A stretch of 64,000 nt of DNA. Source: the human T2T-CHM13v2.0 reference genome, Homo sapiens. Under the pieces are notes generated by a model. It had not been told where the DNA came from. It saw only the letters and a program-made list of their open reading frames with translations, and searched no databases. Shown in pieces: positions 1 to 12,609 of the stretch. The first letter of the stretch is position 1, and each line of letters opens with the position of its first letter. Where the stretch lies: NCBI RefSeq assembly GCF_009914755.1, contig NC_060942.1. One strand, written 5' to 3'. The position numbers and the translations under genes are program-made.

Positions 1-2137
1 CAGGTTTGAAACACTCTTTTTGTAGTATCTGGAAGTGGACATTTGGAGCGCTTTCAGGCCCATGTTGGAAAGGGAAATATCTTCCCGTAACAACTAGGCA
101 GAAGCATTCTCAGAAACTTATTTGAGATGTGTGTACTCAACTAAGAGAATTGAACCACCGTTTTGAAGGAGCAGTTTTGAAACTCTCTTTTTCTGGAATC
201 TGCAAGTGGATATTTGGCTAGCTTTGGGGATTTCGCTGGAAGCGGGAATACATATAAAAAGCACACAGCAGCGTTCTGAGAAACTGCTTTCTGATGTTTG
301 CATTCAAGTCAAAAGTTGAACACTCCCTTTCATAGAGCAGTCTTGAAACACCCCTTTTGTAGTATCTGGAACTGTTCTTTTGGAGCGATTTCAGGGCTAA
401 GGTGAAAAAGGAAATATCTTCCCATAAAAACTGGACAGAAGCATTCTCAGAAACTTGGTTATGCTGTATCTACTCAACTAACAAAGTTGAACCTTTCTTT
501 TGATAGAGCAGTTTTGAAATGGTCTTTTTGTGGAATCTGCAAGTGGATATTTGGCTAGTTTTGAGGATTTCTTTGGAAGCGGGAATTCATACAAATTGCA
601 GACTGCAGCGTTCTGAGAAACATCTTTGTGATGTTTGTATTCAGGACACAGAGTTGAACATTCCCTATCATAGAGCAGGTTTGAATCACTCCTTTTGTAG
701 TATCTGGAAGTGGACATTTGGAGTGCTTTCAGGCCTATGTTGGAAAAGGAAATATCTTCCCATAACAACTAGACAGAAGCATTCTCAGAAACTTATTTGA
801 GATGTGTGTACTCAACTAAGAGAATTGAACCACCGTTTTGAAGGAGCAGTTTTGAAACACTCTTTTTCTGGAATCTGCAAGTGGATATTTGGCTAGCTTT
901 GGGGATTTCGCTGGAAGCGGGAATACATATAAAAAGCACACAGCAGCGTTCTGAGAAACTGCTTTCTGATGTTTGCATTCAAGTCAAAAGTTGAACACTC
1001 CCTTTCATAGAGCAGTCTTGAAACACTCCTTTTGTAGTATCTGGAACTGGACTTTTGGAGCGATTTCAGGGCTAAGGTGAAAAAGGAAATATCTTCCCAT
1101 AAAAACTGGACAGAAGCATTCTCAGAAACTTGTTTATGCTGTATCTACTCAGCTAACAAAGTTGAACTTTCTTTTGATAGAGCAGTTTTGAAATGGTCTT
1201 TTTGTGGAATCTGCAAGTGGATATTTGGCTAGTTTTGAGGATTTCGTTGGAAGCGGGAATTCATACAAATTGCAGACTGCAGCGTTCTGAGAAACATCTT
1301 TGTGATGTTTGTATTCAGGACACAGAGTTGAACATTCCCTATCATAGAGCAGGTTGGAATCACTCCTTTTGTAGTATCTGGAAGTGGACATTTGGAGCGC
1401 TTTCAGGCCTATTTTGGAAAGGGAAATATCTTCCCGTAACAACTATGCAGAAGCATTCTCAGAAACTTGTTTGTGATGTGTGCCCTCTACTGACAGAGTT
1501 GAACCTTTCTTTTCATAGAGCAGTTTTGAAACACTCTTTTTGTAGAATCTGCAAGAGGATATTTGCATAGCTTTGAGGATTTCGTGGGAAACGGGATTGT
1601 CTTCAGGTAAAATCTAGACAGAAGCATTCTTAGAAACTTCTTTGGGATGTTTGCATTCAAGTCACAGAGTAGAACATTCCCTTTGGTAGAGCAGGTTTGA
1701 AACACTCTTTTTGTAGTATGTGGAAGTGGACATTTGGAGCGCTTTCAGGCCCATGTTGGAAAGGGAAATATCTTCCCGTAACAACTAGGCAGAAGCATTC
1801 TCAGAAACTTATTTGAGATGTGTGTACTCAACTAAGAGAATTGAACCACCGTTTTGAAGGCGCAGTTTTGAAACACTCTTTTTCTGGAATCTGCAAGAGT
1901 ATATTTGCCTAGCCTTGAGGATTTCGTTGGAAACGGGATTGTCTTCAGAGAAAATCTAGACAGAAGCATTCTCAGAAACTTCTTTGGGATGTTTGCATTC
2001 AAGTCACAGAGTAGAACATTCCCTTTGGTAGAGCAGGTTTGAAACACTCTTTTTTTAGTATATGGAAGTGGACATTTTGATCGCTTTCAGGCCTACGTTG
2101 GAAAAGGAAATATCTTCCCATAACAACTAGACAGAAG
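1..2137 (+). repeat. Partial variant HOR with a 6-monomer deletion junction (M10 to M11/M5 hybrid) followed by the 4-mer duplication
   Basis: The M10 tail (CCCATGTTGGAAAGGG...CCCGTAACAACTAGGC) is followed by a monomer starting at 105 that ends as M5 (GCTTTGGGGATTTCGCTGG) instead of M11. The M5-M6-M7 block then occurs twice, 675 bp apart (ORFs at 118 and 793). Confidence 0.9.
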
Positions 2138-5100
2138 CATTCTCAGAAACTAGTTTCTGATGTGTGTCCTCAACTAACACAGTTGAACATTTCTTTAGAC
2201 AGAACAGTTTTGAAACACTCTTTTTGTGGAATCTGCAAGTGGCTATTTGGCTAGATTTGAGGATTTCGTTGGAAACGGGATTACATATAAAAAGCAGTCA
2301 GCAGCATTCTCAGAAAGTTCTTTGTGATGATTGCATTCAAGTCACAGAATTGAACATTCCCTTTCACAGAGCAGGTTTGAAACACTCTTTTTGTAGTGTG
2401 TGTAAGTGGACATTTGGAGCACTTACCGGCCTAAGGTGAAAAAGGAAATATCTTCCCATAAAAACTAGACAGAAGCATTCTCAGAAACTTACTCGTGATG
2501 TGTGTCCTCAACTAAAGGAGTAGAACCTTTCTTTTCATAGAGAAGTTTTGAAACGCTCTTTTTGTGGAATCTGCAAGTGGATATTTGGCTAGTTTTGAGG
2601 ATTTCGTTGGAAGCGGGAATTCATACAAATTGCAGACTGCAGCGTTCTGAGAAACATCTTTGTGATGTTTGTATTCAGGACACAGAGTTGAACATTCCCT
2701 ATCATAGAGCAGGTTGGAATCACTCCTTTTGTAGTATCTGGAAGTGGACATTTGGAGCGCTTTCAGGCCTATGTTGGAAAAGGAAATATCTTCCCATAAC
2801 AACTAGACAGAAGCATTCTCAGAAACTTATTTGAGATGTGTGTACTCAACTAAGAGAATTGAACCACCGTTTTGAAGGAGCAGTTTTGAAACACTCTTTT
2901 TCTGGAATCTGCAAGTGGATATTTGGCTAGCTTTGGGGATTTCGCTGGAAGCGGGAATACATATAAAAAGCACACAGCAGCGTTCTGAGAAACTGCTTTC
3001 TGATGTTTGCATTCAAGTCAAAAGTTGAACACTCCCTTTCATAGAGCAGTCTTGAAACACCCCTTTTGTAGTATCTGGAACTGGACTTTTGGAGCGATTT
3101 CAGGGCTAAGGTGAAAAAGGAAATATCTTCCCATAAAAACTGGACAGAAGCATTCTCAGAAACTTGGTTATGCTGTATCTACTCAACTAACAAAGTTGAA
3201 CCTTTCTTTTGATAGAGCAGTTTTGAAATGGTCTTTTTGTGGAATCTGCAAGTGGATATTTGGCTAGTTTTGAGGATTTCTTTGGAAGCGGGAATTCATA
3301 CAAATTGCAGACTGCAGCGTTCTGAGAAACATCTTTGTGATGTTTGTATTCAGGACACAGAGTTGAACATTCCCTATCATAGAGCAGGTTTGAATCACTC
3401 CTTTTGTAGTATCTGGAAGTGGACATTTGGAGTGCTTTCAGGCCTATGTTGGAAAAGGAAATATCTTCCCATAACAACTAGACAGAAGCATTCTCAGAAA
3501 CTTATTTGAGATGTGTGTACTCAACTAAGAGAATTGAACCACCGTTTTGAAGGAGCAGTTTTGAAACACTCTTTTTCTGGAATCTGCAAGTGGATATTTG
3601 GCTAGCTTTGGGGATTTCGCTGGAAGCGGGAATACATATAAAAAGCACACAGCAGCGTTCTGAGAAACTGCTTTCTGATGTTTGCATTCAAGTCAAAAGT
3701 TGAACACTCCCTTTCATAGAGCAGTCTTGAAACACTCCTTTTGTAGTATCTGGAACTGGACTTTTGGAGCGATTTCAGGGCTAAGGTGAAAAAGGAAATA
3801 TCTTCCCATAAAAACTGGACAGAAGCATTCTCAGAAACTTGTTTATGCTGTATCTACTCAGCTAACAAAGTTGAACTTTCTTTTGATAGAGCAGTTTTGA
3901 AATGGTCTTTTTGTGGAATCTGCAAGTGGATATTTGGCTAGTTTTGAGGATTTCGTTGGAAGCGGGAATTCATACAAATTGCAGACTGCAGCGTTCTGAG
4001 AAACATCTTTGTGATGTTTGTATTCAGGACACAGAGTTGAACATTCCCTATCATAGAGCAGGTTGGAATCACTCCTTTTGTAGTATCTGGAAGTGGACAT
4101 TTGGAGCGCTTTCAGGCCTATTTTGGAAAGGGAAATATCTTCCCGTAACAACTATGCAGAAGCATTCTCAGAAACTTGTTTGTGATGTGTGCCCTCTACT
4201 GACAGAGTTGAACCTTTCTTTTCATAGAGCAGTTTTGAAACACTCTTTTTGTAGAATCTGCAAGAGGATATTTGCATAGCTTTGAGGATTTCGTGGGAAA
4301 CGGGATTGTCTTCAGGTAAAATCTAGACAGAAGCATTCTTAGAAACTTCTTTGGGATGTTTGCATTCAAGTCACAGAGTAGAACATTCCCTTTGGTAGAG
4401 CAGGTTTGAAACACTCTTTTTGTAGTATCTGGAAGTGGACATTTGGAGCGCTTTCAGGCCCATGTTGGAAAGGGAAATATCTTCCCGTAACAACTAGGCA
4501 GAAGCATTCTCAGAAACTTATTTGAGATGTGTGTACTCAACTAAGAGAATTGAACCACCGTTTTGAAGGCGCAGTTTTGAAACACTCTTTTTCTGGAATC
4601 TGCAAGAGTATATTTGCCTAGCCTTGAGGATTTCGTTGGAAACGGGATTGTCTTCAGAGAAAATCTAGACAGAAGCATTCTCAGAAACTTCTTTGGGATG
4701 TTTGCATTCAAGTCACAGAGTAGAACATTCCCTTTGGTAGAGCAGGTTTGAAACACTCTTTTTTTAGTATATGGAAGTGGACATTTTGATCGCTTTCAGG
4801 CCTACGTTGGAAAAGGAAATATCTTCCCATAACAACTAGACAGAAGCATTCTCAGAAACTAGTTTCTGATGTGTGTCCTCAACTAACACAGTTGAACATT
4901 TCTTTAGACAGAACAGTTTTGAAACACTCTTTTTGTGGAATCTGCAAGTGGCTATTTGGCTAGATTTGAGGATTTCGTTGGAAACGGGATTACATATAAA
5001 AAGCAGTCAGCAGCATTCTCAGAAAGTTCTTTGTGATGATTGCATTCAAGTCACAGAATTGAACATTCCCTTTCACAGAGCAGGTTTGAAACACTCTTTT

Positions 5101-8100
5101 TGTAGTGTGTGTAAGTGGACATTTGGAGCACTTACCGGCCTAAGGTGAAAAAGGAAATATCTTCCCATAAAAACTAGACAGAAGCATTCTCAGAAACTTA
5201 CTCGTGATGTGTGTCCTCAACTAAAGGAGTAGAACCTTTCTTTTCATAGAGAAGTTTTGAAACGCTCTTTTTGTGGAATCTGCAAGTGGATATTTGGCTA
5301 GTTTTGAGGATTTCGTTGGAAGCGGGAATTCATACAAATTGCAGACTGCAGCGTTCTGAGAAACATCTTTGTGATGTTTGTATTCAGGACACAGAGTTGA
5401 ACATTCCCTATCATAGAGCAGGTTGGAATCACTCCTTTTGTAGTATCTGGAAGTGGACATTTGGAGCGCTTTCAGGCCTATGTTGGAAAAGGAAATATCT
5501 TCCCATAACAACTAGACAGAAGCATTCTCAGAAACTTATTTGAGATGTGTGTACTCAACTAAGAGAATTGAACCACCGTTTTGAAGGAGCAGTTTTGAAA
5601 CACTCTTTTTCTGGAATCTGCAAGTGGATATTTGGCTAGCTTTGGGGATTTCGCTGGAAGCGGGAATACATATAAAAAGCACACAGCAGCGTTCTGAGAA
5701 ACTGCTTTCTGATGTTTGCATTCAAGACAAAAGTTGAACACTCCCTTTCATAGAGCAGTCTTGAAACACCCCTTTTGTAGTATCTGGAACTGGACTTTTG
5801 GAGCGATTTCAGGGCTAAGGTGAAAAAGGAAATATCTTCCCATAAAAACTGGACAGAAGCATTCTCAGAAACTTGGTTATGCTGTATCTACTCAACTAAC
5901 AAAGTTGAACCTTTCTTTTGATAGAGCAGTTTTGAAATGGTCTTTTTGTGGAATCTGCAAGTGGATATTTGGCTAGTTTTGAGGATTTCGTTGGAAGCGG
6001 GAATTCATACAAATTGCAGACTGCAGCGTTCTGAGAAACATCTTTGTGATGTTTGTATTCAGGACACAGAGTTGAACATTCCCTATCATAGAGCAGGTTT
6101 GAATCACTCCTTTTGTAGTATCTGGAAGTGGACATTTGGAGTGCTTTCAGGCCTATGTTGGAAAAGGAAATATCTTCCCATAACAACTAGACAGAAGCAT
6201 TCTCAGAAACTTATTTGAGATGTGTGTACTCAACTAAGAGAATTGAACCACCGTTTTGAAGGAGCAGTTTTGAAACACTCTTTTTCTGGAATCTGCAAGT
6301 GGATATTTGGCTAGCTTTGGGGATTTCGCTGGAAGCGGGAATACATATAAAAAGCACACAGCAGCGTTCTGAGAAACTGCTTTCTGATGTTTGCATTCAA
6401 GTCAAAAGTTGAACACTCCCTTTCATAGAGCAGTCTTGAAACACTCCTTTTGTAGTATCTGGAACTGGACTTTTGGAGCGATTTCAGGGCTAAGGTGAAA
6501 AAGGAAATATCTTCCCATAAAAACTGGACAGAAGCATTCTCAGAAACTTGTTTATGCTGTATCTACTCAGCTAACAAAGTTGAACTTTCTTTTGATAGAG
6601 CAGTTTTGAAATGGTCTTTTTGTGGAATCTGCAAGTGGATATTTGGCTAGTTTTGAGGATTTCGTTGGAAGCGGGAATTCATACAAATTGCAGACTGCAG
6701 CGTTCTGAGAAACATCTTTGTGATGTTTGTATTCAGGACACAGAGTTGAACATTCCCTATCATAGAGCAGGTTGGAATCACTCCTTTTGTAGTATCTGGA
6801 AGTGGACATTTGGAGCGCTTTCAGGCCTATTTTGGAAAGGGAAATATCTTCCCGTAACAACTATGCAGAAGCATTCTCAGAAACTTGTTTGTGATGTGTG
6901 CCCTCTACTGACAGAGTTGAACCTTTCTTTTCATAGAGCAGTTTTGAAACACTCTTTTTGTAGAATCTGCAAGAGGATATTTGCATAGCTTTGAGGATTT
7001 CGTGGGAAACGGGATTGTCTTCAGGTAAAATCTAGACAGAAGCATTCTTAGAAACTTCTTTGGGATGTTTGCATTCAAGTCACAGAGTAGAACATTCCCT
7101 TTGGTAGAGCAGGTTTGAAACACTCTTTTTGTAGTATCTGGAAGTGGACATTTGGAGCGCTTTCAGGCCCATGTTGTAAAGGGAAATATCTTCCCGTAAC
7201 AACTAGGCAGAAGCATTCTCAGAAACTTATTTGAGATGTGTGTACTCAACTAAGAGAATTGAACCACCGTTTTGAAGGCGCAGTTTTGAAACACTCTTTT
7301 TCTGGAATCTGCAAGAGTATATTTGCCTAGCCTTGAGGATTTCGTTGGAAACGGGATTGTCTTCAGAGAAAATCTAGACAGAAGCATTCTCAGAAACTTC
7401 TTTGGGATGTTTGCATTCAAGTCACAGAGTAGAACATTCCCTTTGGTAGAGCAGGTTTGAAACACTCTTTTTTTAGTATATGGAAGTGGACATTTTGATC
7501 GCTTTCAGGCCTACGTTGGAAAAGGAAATATCTTCCCATAACAACTAGACAGAAGCATTCTCAGAAACTAGTTTCTGATGTGTGTCCTCAACTAACACAG
7601 TTGAACATTTCTTTAGACAGAACAGTTTTGAAACACTCTTTTTGTGGAATCTGCAAGTGGCTATTTGGCTAGATTTGAGGATTTCGTTGGAAACGGGATT
7701 ACATATAAAAAGCAGTCAGCAGCATTCTCAGAAAGTTCTTTGTGATGATTGCATTCAAGTCACAGAATTGAACATTCCCTTTCACAGAGCAGGTTTGAAA
7801 CACTCTTTTTGTAGTGTGTGTAAGTGGACATTTGGAGCACTTACCGGCCTAAGGTGAAAAAGGAAATATCTTCCCATAAAAACTAGACAGAAGCATTCTC
7901 AGAAACTTACTCGTGATGTGTGTCCTCAACTAAAGGAGTAGAACCTTTCTTTTCATAGAGAAGTTTTGAAACGCTCTTTTTGTGGAATCTGCAAGTGGAT
8001 ATTTGGCTAGTTTGGAGGATTTCGTTGGAAGCGGGAATTCATACAAATTGCAGACTGCAGCGTTCTGAGAAACATCTTTGTGATGTTTGTATTCAGGACA

Positions 8101-10264
8101 CAGAGTTGAACATTCCCTATCATAGAGCAGGTTGGAATCACTCCTTTTGTAGTATCTGGAAGTGGACATTTGGAGCGCTTTCAGGCCTATGTTGGAAAAG
8201 GAAATATCTTCCCATAACAACTAGACAGAAGCATTCTCAGAAACTTATTTGAGATGTGTGTACTCAACTAAGAGAATTGAACCACCGTTTTGAAGGAGCA
8301 GTTTTGAAACACTCTTTTTCTGGAATCTGCAAGTGGATATTTGGCTAGCTTTGGGGATTTCGCTGGAAGCGGGAATACATATAAAAAGCACACAGCAGCG
8401 TTCTGAGAAACTGCTTTCTGATGTTTGCATTCAAGTCAAAAGTTGAACACTCCCTTTCATAGAGCAGTCTTGAAACACCCCTTTTGTAGTATCTGGAACT
8501 GGACTTTTGGAGCGATTTCAGGGCTAAGGTGAAAAAGGAAATATCTTCCCATAAAAACTGGACAGAAGCATTCTCAGAAACTTGGTTATGCTGTATCTAC
8601 TCAACTAACAAAGTTGAACCTTTCTTTTGATAGAGCAGTTTTGAAATGGTCTTTTTGTGGAATCTGCAAGTGGATATTTGGCTAGTTTTGAGGATTTCGT
8701 TGGAAGCGGGAATTCATACAAATTGCAGACTGCAGCGTTCTGAGAAACATCTTTGTGATGTTTGTATTCAGGACACAGAGTTGAACATTCCCTATCATAG
8801 AGCAGGTTGGAATCACTCCTTTTGTAGTATCTGGAAGTGGACATTTGGAGCGCTTTCAGGCCTATTTTGGAAAAGGAAATATCTTCCCATAACAACTAGA
8901 CAGAAGCATTCTCAGAAACTTATTTGAGATGTGTGTACTCAACTAAGAGAATTGAACCACCGTTTTGAAGGAGCAGTTTTGAAACACTCTTTTTCTGGAA
9001 TCTGCAAGTGGATATTTGGCTAGCTTTGGGGATTTCGCTGGAAGCGGGAATACATATAAAAAGCACACAGCAGCGTTCTGAGAAACTGCTTTCTGATGTT
9101 TGCATTCAAGTCAAAAGTTGAACACTCCCTTTCATAGAGCAGTCTTGAAACACTCCTTTTGTAGTATCTGGAACTGGACTTTTGGAGCGATTTCAGGGCT
9201 AAGGTGAAAAAGGAAATATCTTCCCATAAAAACTGGACAGAAGCATTCTCAGAAACTTGTTTATGCTGTATCTACTCAGCTAACAAAGTTGAACTTTCTT
9301 TTGATAGAGCAGTTTTGAAATGGTCTTTTTGTGGAATCTGCAAGTGGATATTTGGCTAGTTTTGAGGATTTCGTTGGAAGCGGGAATTCATACAAATTGC
9401 AGACTGCAGCGTTCTGAGAAACATCTTTGTGATGTTTGTATTCAGGACACAGAGTTGAACATTCCCTATCATAGAGCAGGTTGGAATCACTCCTTTTGTA
9501 GTATCTGGAAGTGGACATTTGGAGCGCTTTCAGGCCTATTTTGGAAAGGGAAATATCTTCCCGTAACAACTATGCAGAAGCATTCTCAGAAACTTGTTTG
9601 TGATGTGTGCCCTCTACTGACAGAGTTGAACCTTTCTTTTCATAGAGCAGTTTTGAAACACTCTTTTTGTAGAATCTGCAAGAGGATATTTGCATAGCTT
9701 TGAGGATTTCGTGGGAAACGGGATTGTCTTCAGGTAAAATCTAGACAGAAGCATTCTTAGAAACTTCTTTGGGATGTTTGCATTCAAGTCACAGAGTAGA
9801 ACATTCCCTTTGGTAGAGCAGGTTTGAAACACTCTTTTTGTAGTATCTGGAAGTGGACATTTGGAGCGCTTTCAGGCCCATGTTGTAAAGGGAAATATCT
9901 TCCCGTAACAACTAGGCAGAAGCATTCTCAGAAACTTATTTGAGATGTGTGTACTCAACTAAGAGAATTGAACCACCGTTTTGAAGGCGCAGTTTTGAAA
10001 CACTCTTTTTCTGGAATCTGCAAGAGTATATTTGCCTAGCCTTGAGGATTTCGTTGGAAACGGGATTGTCTTCAGAGAAAATCTAGACAGAAGCATTCTC
10101 AGAAACTTCTTTGGGATGTTTGCATTCAAGTCACAGAGTAGAACATTCCCTTTGGTAGAGCAGGTTTGAAACACTCTTTTTTTAGTATATGGAAGTGGAC
10201 ATTTTGATCGCTTTCAGGCCTACGTTGGAAAAGGAAATATCTTCCCATAACAACTAGACAGAAG
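2138..10264 (+). repeat. Three tandem 16-mer HOR variants (2709 bp each)
   Basis: The M1 anchor ORF starts at 2164, 4873, 7582 and 10291 (spacing 2709 = 2035 + 675 - 1). Each unit has two M5-M7 blocks and a 1-bp deletion (GTTGAACTTTC vs GTTGAACCTTTC). Confidence 0.96.
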
Positions 10265-12425
10265 CATTCTCAGAAACTAGTTTCTGATGTGTGTCCTCAA
10301 CTAACACAGTTGAACATTTCTTTAGACAGAACAGTTTTGAAACACTCTTTTTGTGGAATCTGCAAGTGGCTATTTGGCTAGATTTGAGGATTTCGTTGGA
10401 AACGGGATTACATATAAAAAGCAGTCAGCAGCATTCTCAGAAAGTTCTTTGTGATGATTGCATTCAAGTCACAGAATTGAACATTCCCTTTCACAGAGCA
10501 GGTTTGAAACACTCTTTTTGTAGTGTGTGTAAGTGGACATTTGGAGCACTTACCGGCCTAAGGTGAAAAAGGAAATATCTTCCCATAAAAACTAGACAGA
10601 AGCATTCTCAGAAACTTACTCGTGATGTGTGTCCTCAACTAAAGGAGTAGAACCTTTCTTTTCATAGAGAAGTTTTGAAACGCTCTTTTTGTGGAATCTG
10701 CAAGTGGATATTTGGCTAGTTTGGAGGATTTCGTTGGAAGCGGGAATTCATACAAATTGCAGACTGCAGCGTTCTGAGAAACATCTTTGTGATGTTTGTA
10801 TTCAGGACACAGAGTTGAACATTCCCTATCATAGAGCAGGTTGGAATCACTCCTTTTGTAGTATCTGGAAGTGGACATTTGGAGCGCTTTCAGGCCTATG
10901 TTGGAAAAGGAAATATCTTCCCATAACAACTAGACAGAAGCATTCTCAGAAACTTATTTGAGATGTGTGTACTCAACTAAGAGAATTGAACCACCGTTTT
11001 GAAGGAGCAGTTTTGAAACACTCTTTTTCTGGAATCTGCAAGTGGATATTTGGCTAGCTTTGGGGATTTCGCTGGAAGCGGGAATACATATAAAAAGCAC
11101 ACAGCAGCGTTCTGAGAAACTGCTTTCTGATGTTTGCATTCAAGTCAAAAGTTGAACACTCCCTTTCATAGAGCAGTCTTGAAACACCCCTTTTGTAGTA
11201 TCTGGAACTGGACTTTTGGAGCGATTTCAGGGCTAAGGTGAAAAAGGAAATATCTTCCCATAAAAACTGGACAGAAGCATTCTCAGAAACTTGGTTATGC
11301 TGTATCTACTCAACTAACAAAGTTGAACCTTTCTTTTGATAGAGCAGTTTTGAAATGGTCTTTTTGTGGAATCTGCAAGTGGATATTTGGCTAGTTTTGA
11401 GGATTTCGTTGGAAGCGGGAATTCATACAAATTGCAGACTGCAGCGTTCTGAGAAACATCTTTGTGATGTTTGTATTCAGGACACAGAGTTGAACATTCC
11501 CTATCATAGAGCAGGTTGGAATCACTCCTTTTGTAGTATCTGGAAGTGGACATTTGGAGCGCTTTCAGGCCTATTTTGGAAAGGGAAATATCTTCCCGTA
11601 ACAACTATGCAGAAGCATTCTCAGAAACTTGTTTGTGATGTGTGCCCTCTACTGACAGAGTTGAACCTTTCTTTTCATAGAGCAGTTTTGAAACACTCTT
11701 TTTGTAGAATCTGCAAGAGGATATTTGCATAGCTTTGAGGATTTCGTGGGAAACGGGATTGTCTTCAGGTAAAATCTAGACAGAAGCATTCTCAGAAACT
11801 TCTTTGGGATGTTTGCATTCAAGTCACAGAGTAGAACATTCCCTTTGGTAGAGCAGGTTTGAAACACTCTTTTTGTAGTATCTGGAAGTGGACATTTGGA
11901 GCGCTTTCAGGCCCATGTTGGAAAGGGAAATATCTTCCCGTAACAACTAGGCAGAAGCATTCTCAGAAACTTATTTGAGATGTGTGTACTCAACTAAGAG
12001 AATTGAACCACCGTTTTGAAGGAGCAGTTTTGAAACACTCTTTTTCTGGAATCTGCAAGAGTATATTTGCCTAGCCTTGAGGATTTCGTTGGAAACGGGA
12101 TTGTCTTCAGAGAAAATCTAGACAGAAGTATTCTCAGAAACTTCTTTGGGATGTTTGCATTCAAGTCACAGAGTAGAACATTCCCTTTGGTAGAGCAGGT
12201 TTGAAACACTCTTTTTGTAGTATCTGGAAGTGGACATTTGGAGCGCTTTCAGGCCTACGTTGGAAAAGGAAATATCTTCCCATAACAACTAGACAGAAGC
12301 ATTCTCAGAAACTAGTTTCTGATGTGTGTCCTCAACTAACACAGTTGAACATTTCTTTAGACAGAACAGTTTTGAAACACTCTTTTTGTGGAATCTGCAA
12401 GTGGCTATTTGGCTAGATTTGAGGA

Positions 12426-12442
12426 TTTCGTTGGAAACGGGA
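12426..12442 (+). promoter_or_regulatory. CENP-B box (representative; six per 12-mer, in M1, M3, M5, M7, M9 and M11)
   Basis: TTTCGTTGGAAACGGGA matches the 17-bp consensus YTTCGTTGGAARCGGGA. The variants TTTCGTTGGAAGCGGGA (M3, M7), TTTCGCTGGAAGCGGGA (M5) and TTTCGTGGGAAACGGGA (M9) keep the essential NTTCGNNNNANNCGGGN core. Boxes are spaced about 340 bp apart. Confidence 0.95.
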
Positions 12443-12592
12443 TTACATATAAAAAGCAGTCAGCAGCATTCTCAGAAAGTTCTTTGTGATGATTGCATTC
12501 AAGTCACAGAATTGAACATTCCCTTTCACAGAGCAGGTTTGAAACACTCTTTTTGTAGTGTGTGTAAGTGGACATTTGGAGCACTTACCGGC

Positions 12593-12609
12593 CTAAGGTG
12601 AAAAAGGAA
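12593..12609 (+). promoter_or_regulatory. pJalpha-type (A-box) motif, representative of even-numbered monomers
   Basis: CTAAGGTGAAAAAGGAA sits at the position equivalent to the CENP-B box and is one mismatch from CTAYGGTGRAAAAGGAA. It occurs in M2 and M6; M4, M8, M10 and M12 carry related forms such as CTATGTTGGAAAAGGAA. Confidence 0.75.

Noticed and set aside
72-115. Short dyads GGGAA-ATATC-TTCCC and TTCTCAGAA (resembles a STAT TTCNNNGAA site) recurring across monomers
   Set aside because: These are standard parts of the alphoid consensus with 4-5 bp stems. Nothing in the sequence indicates a special function here.
5559-5741. One-off 60-aa minus-strand ORF
   Set aside because: It results from a single private substitution (CAAGACAA near 5727) that removes a stop codon in satellite sequence.
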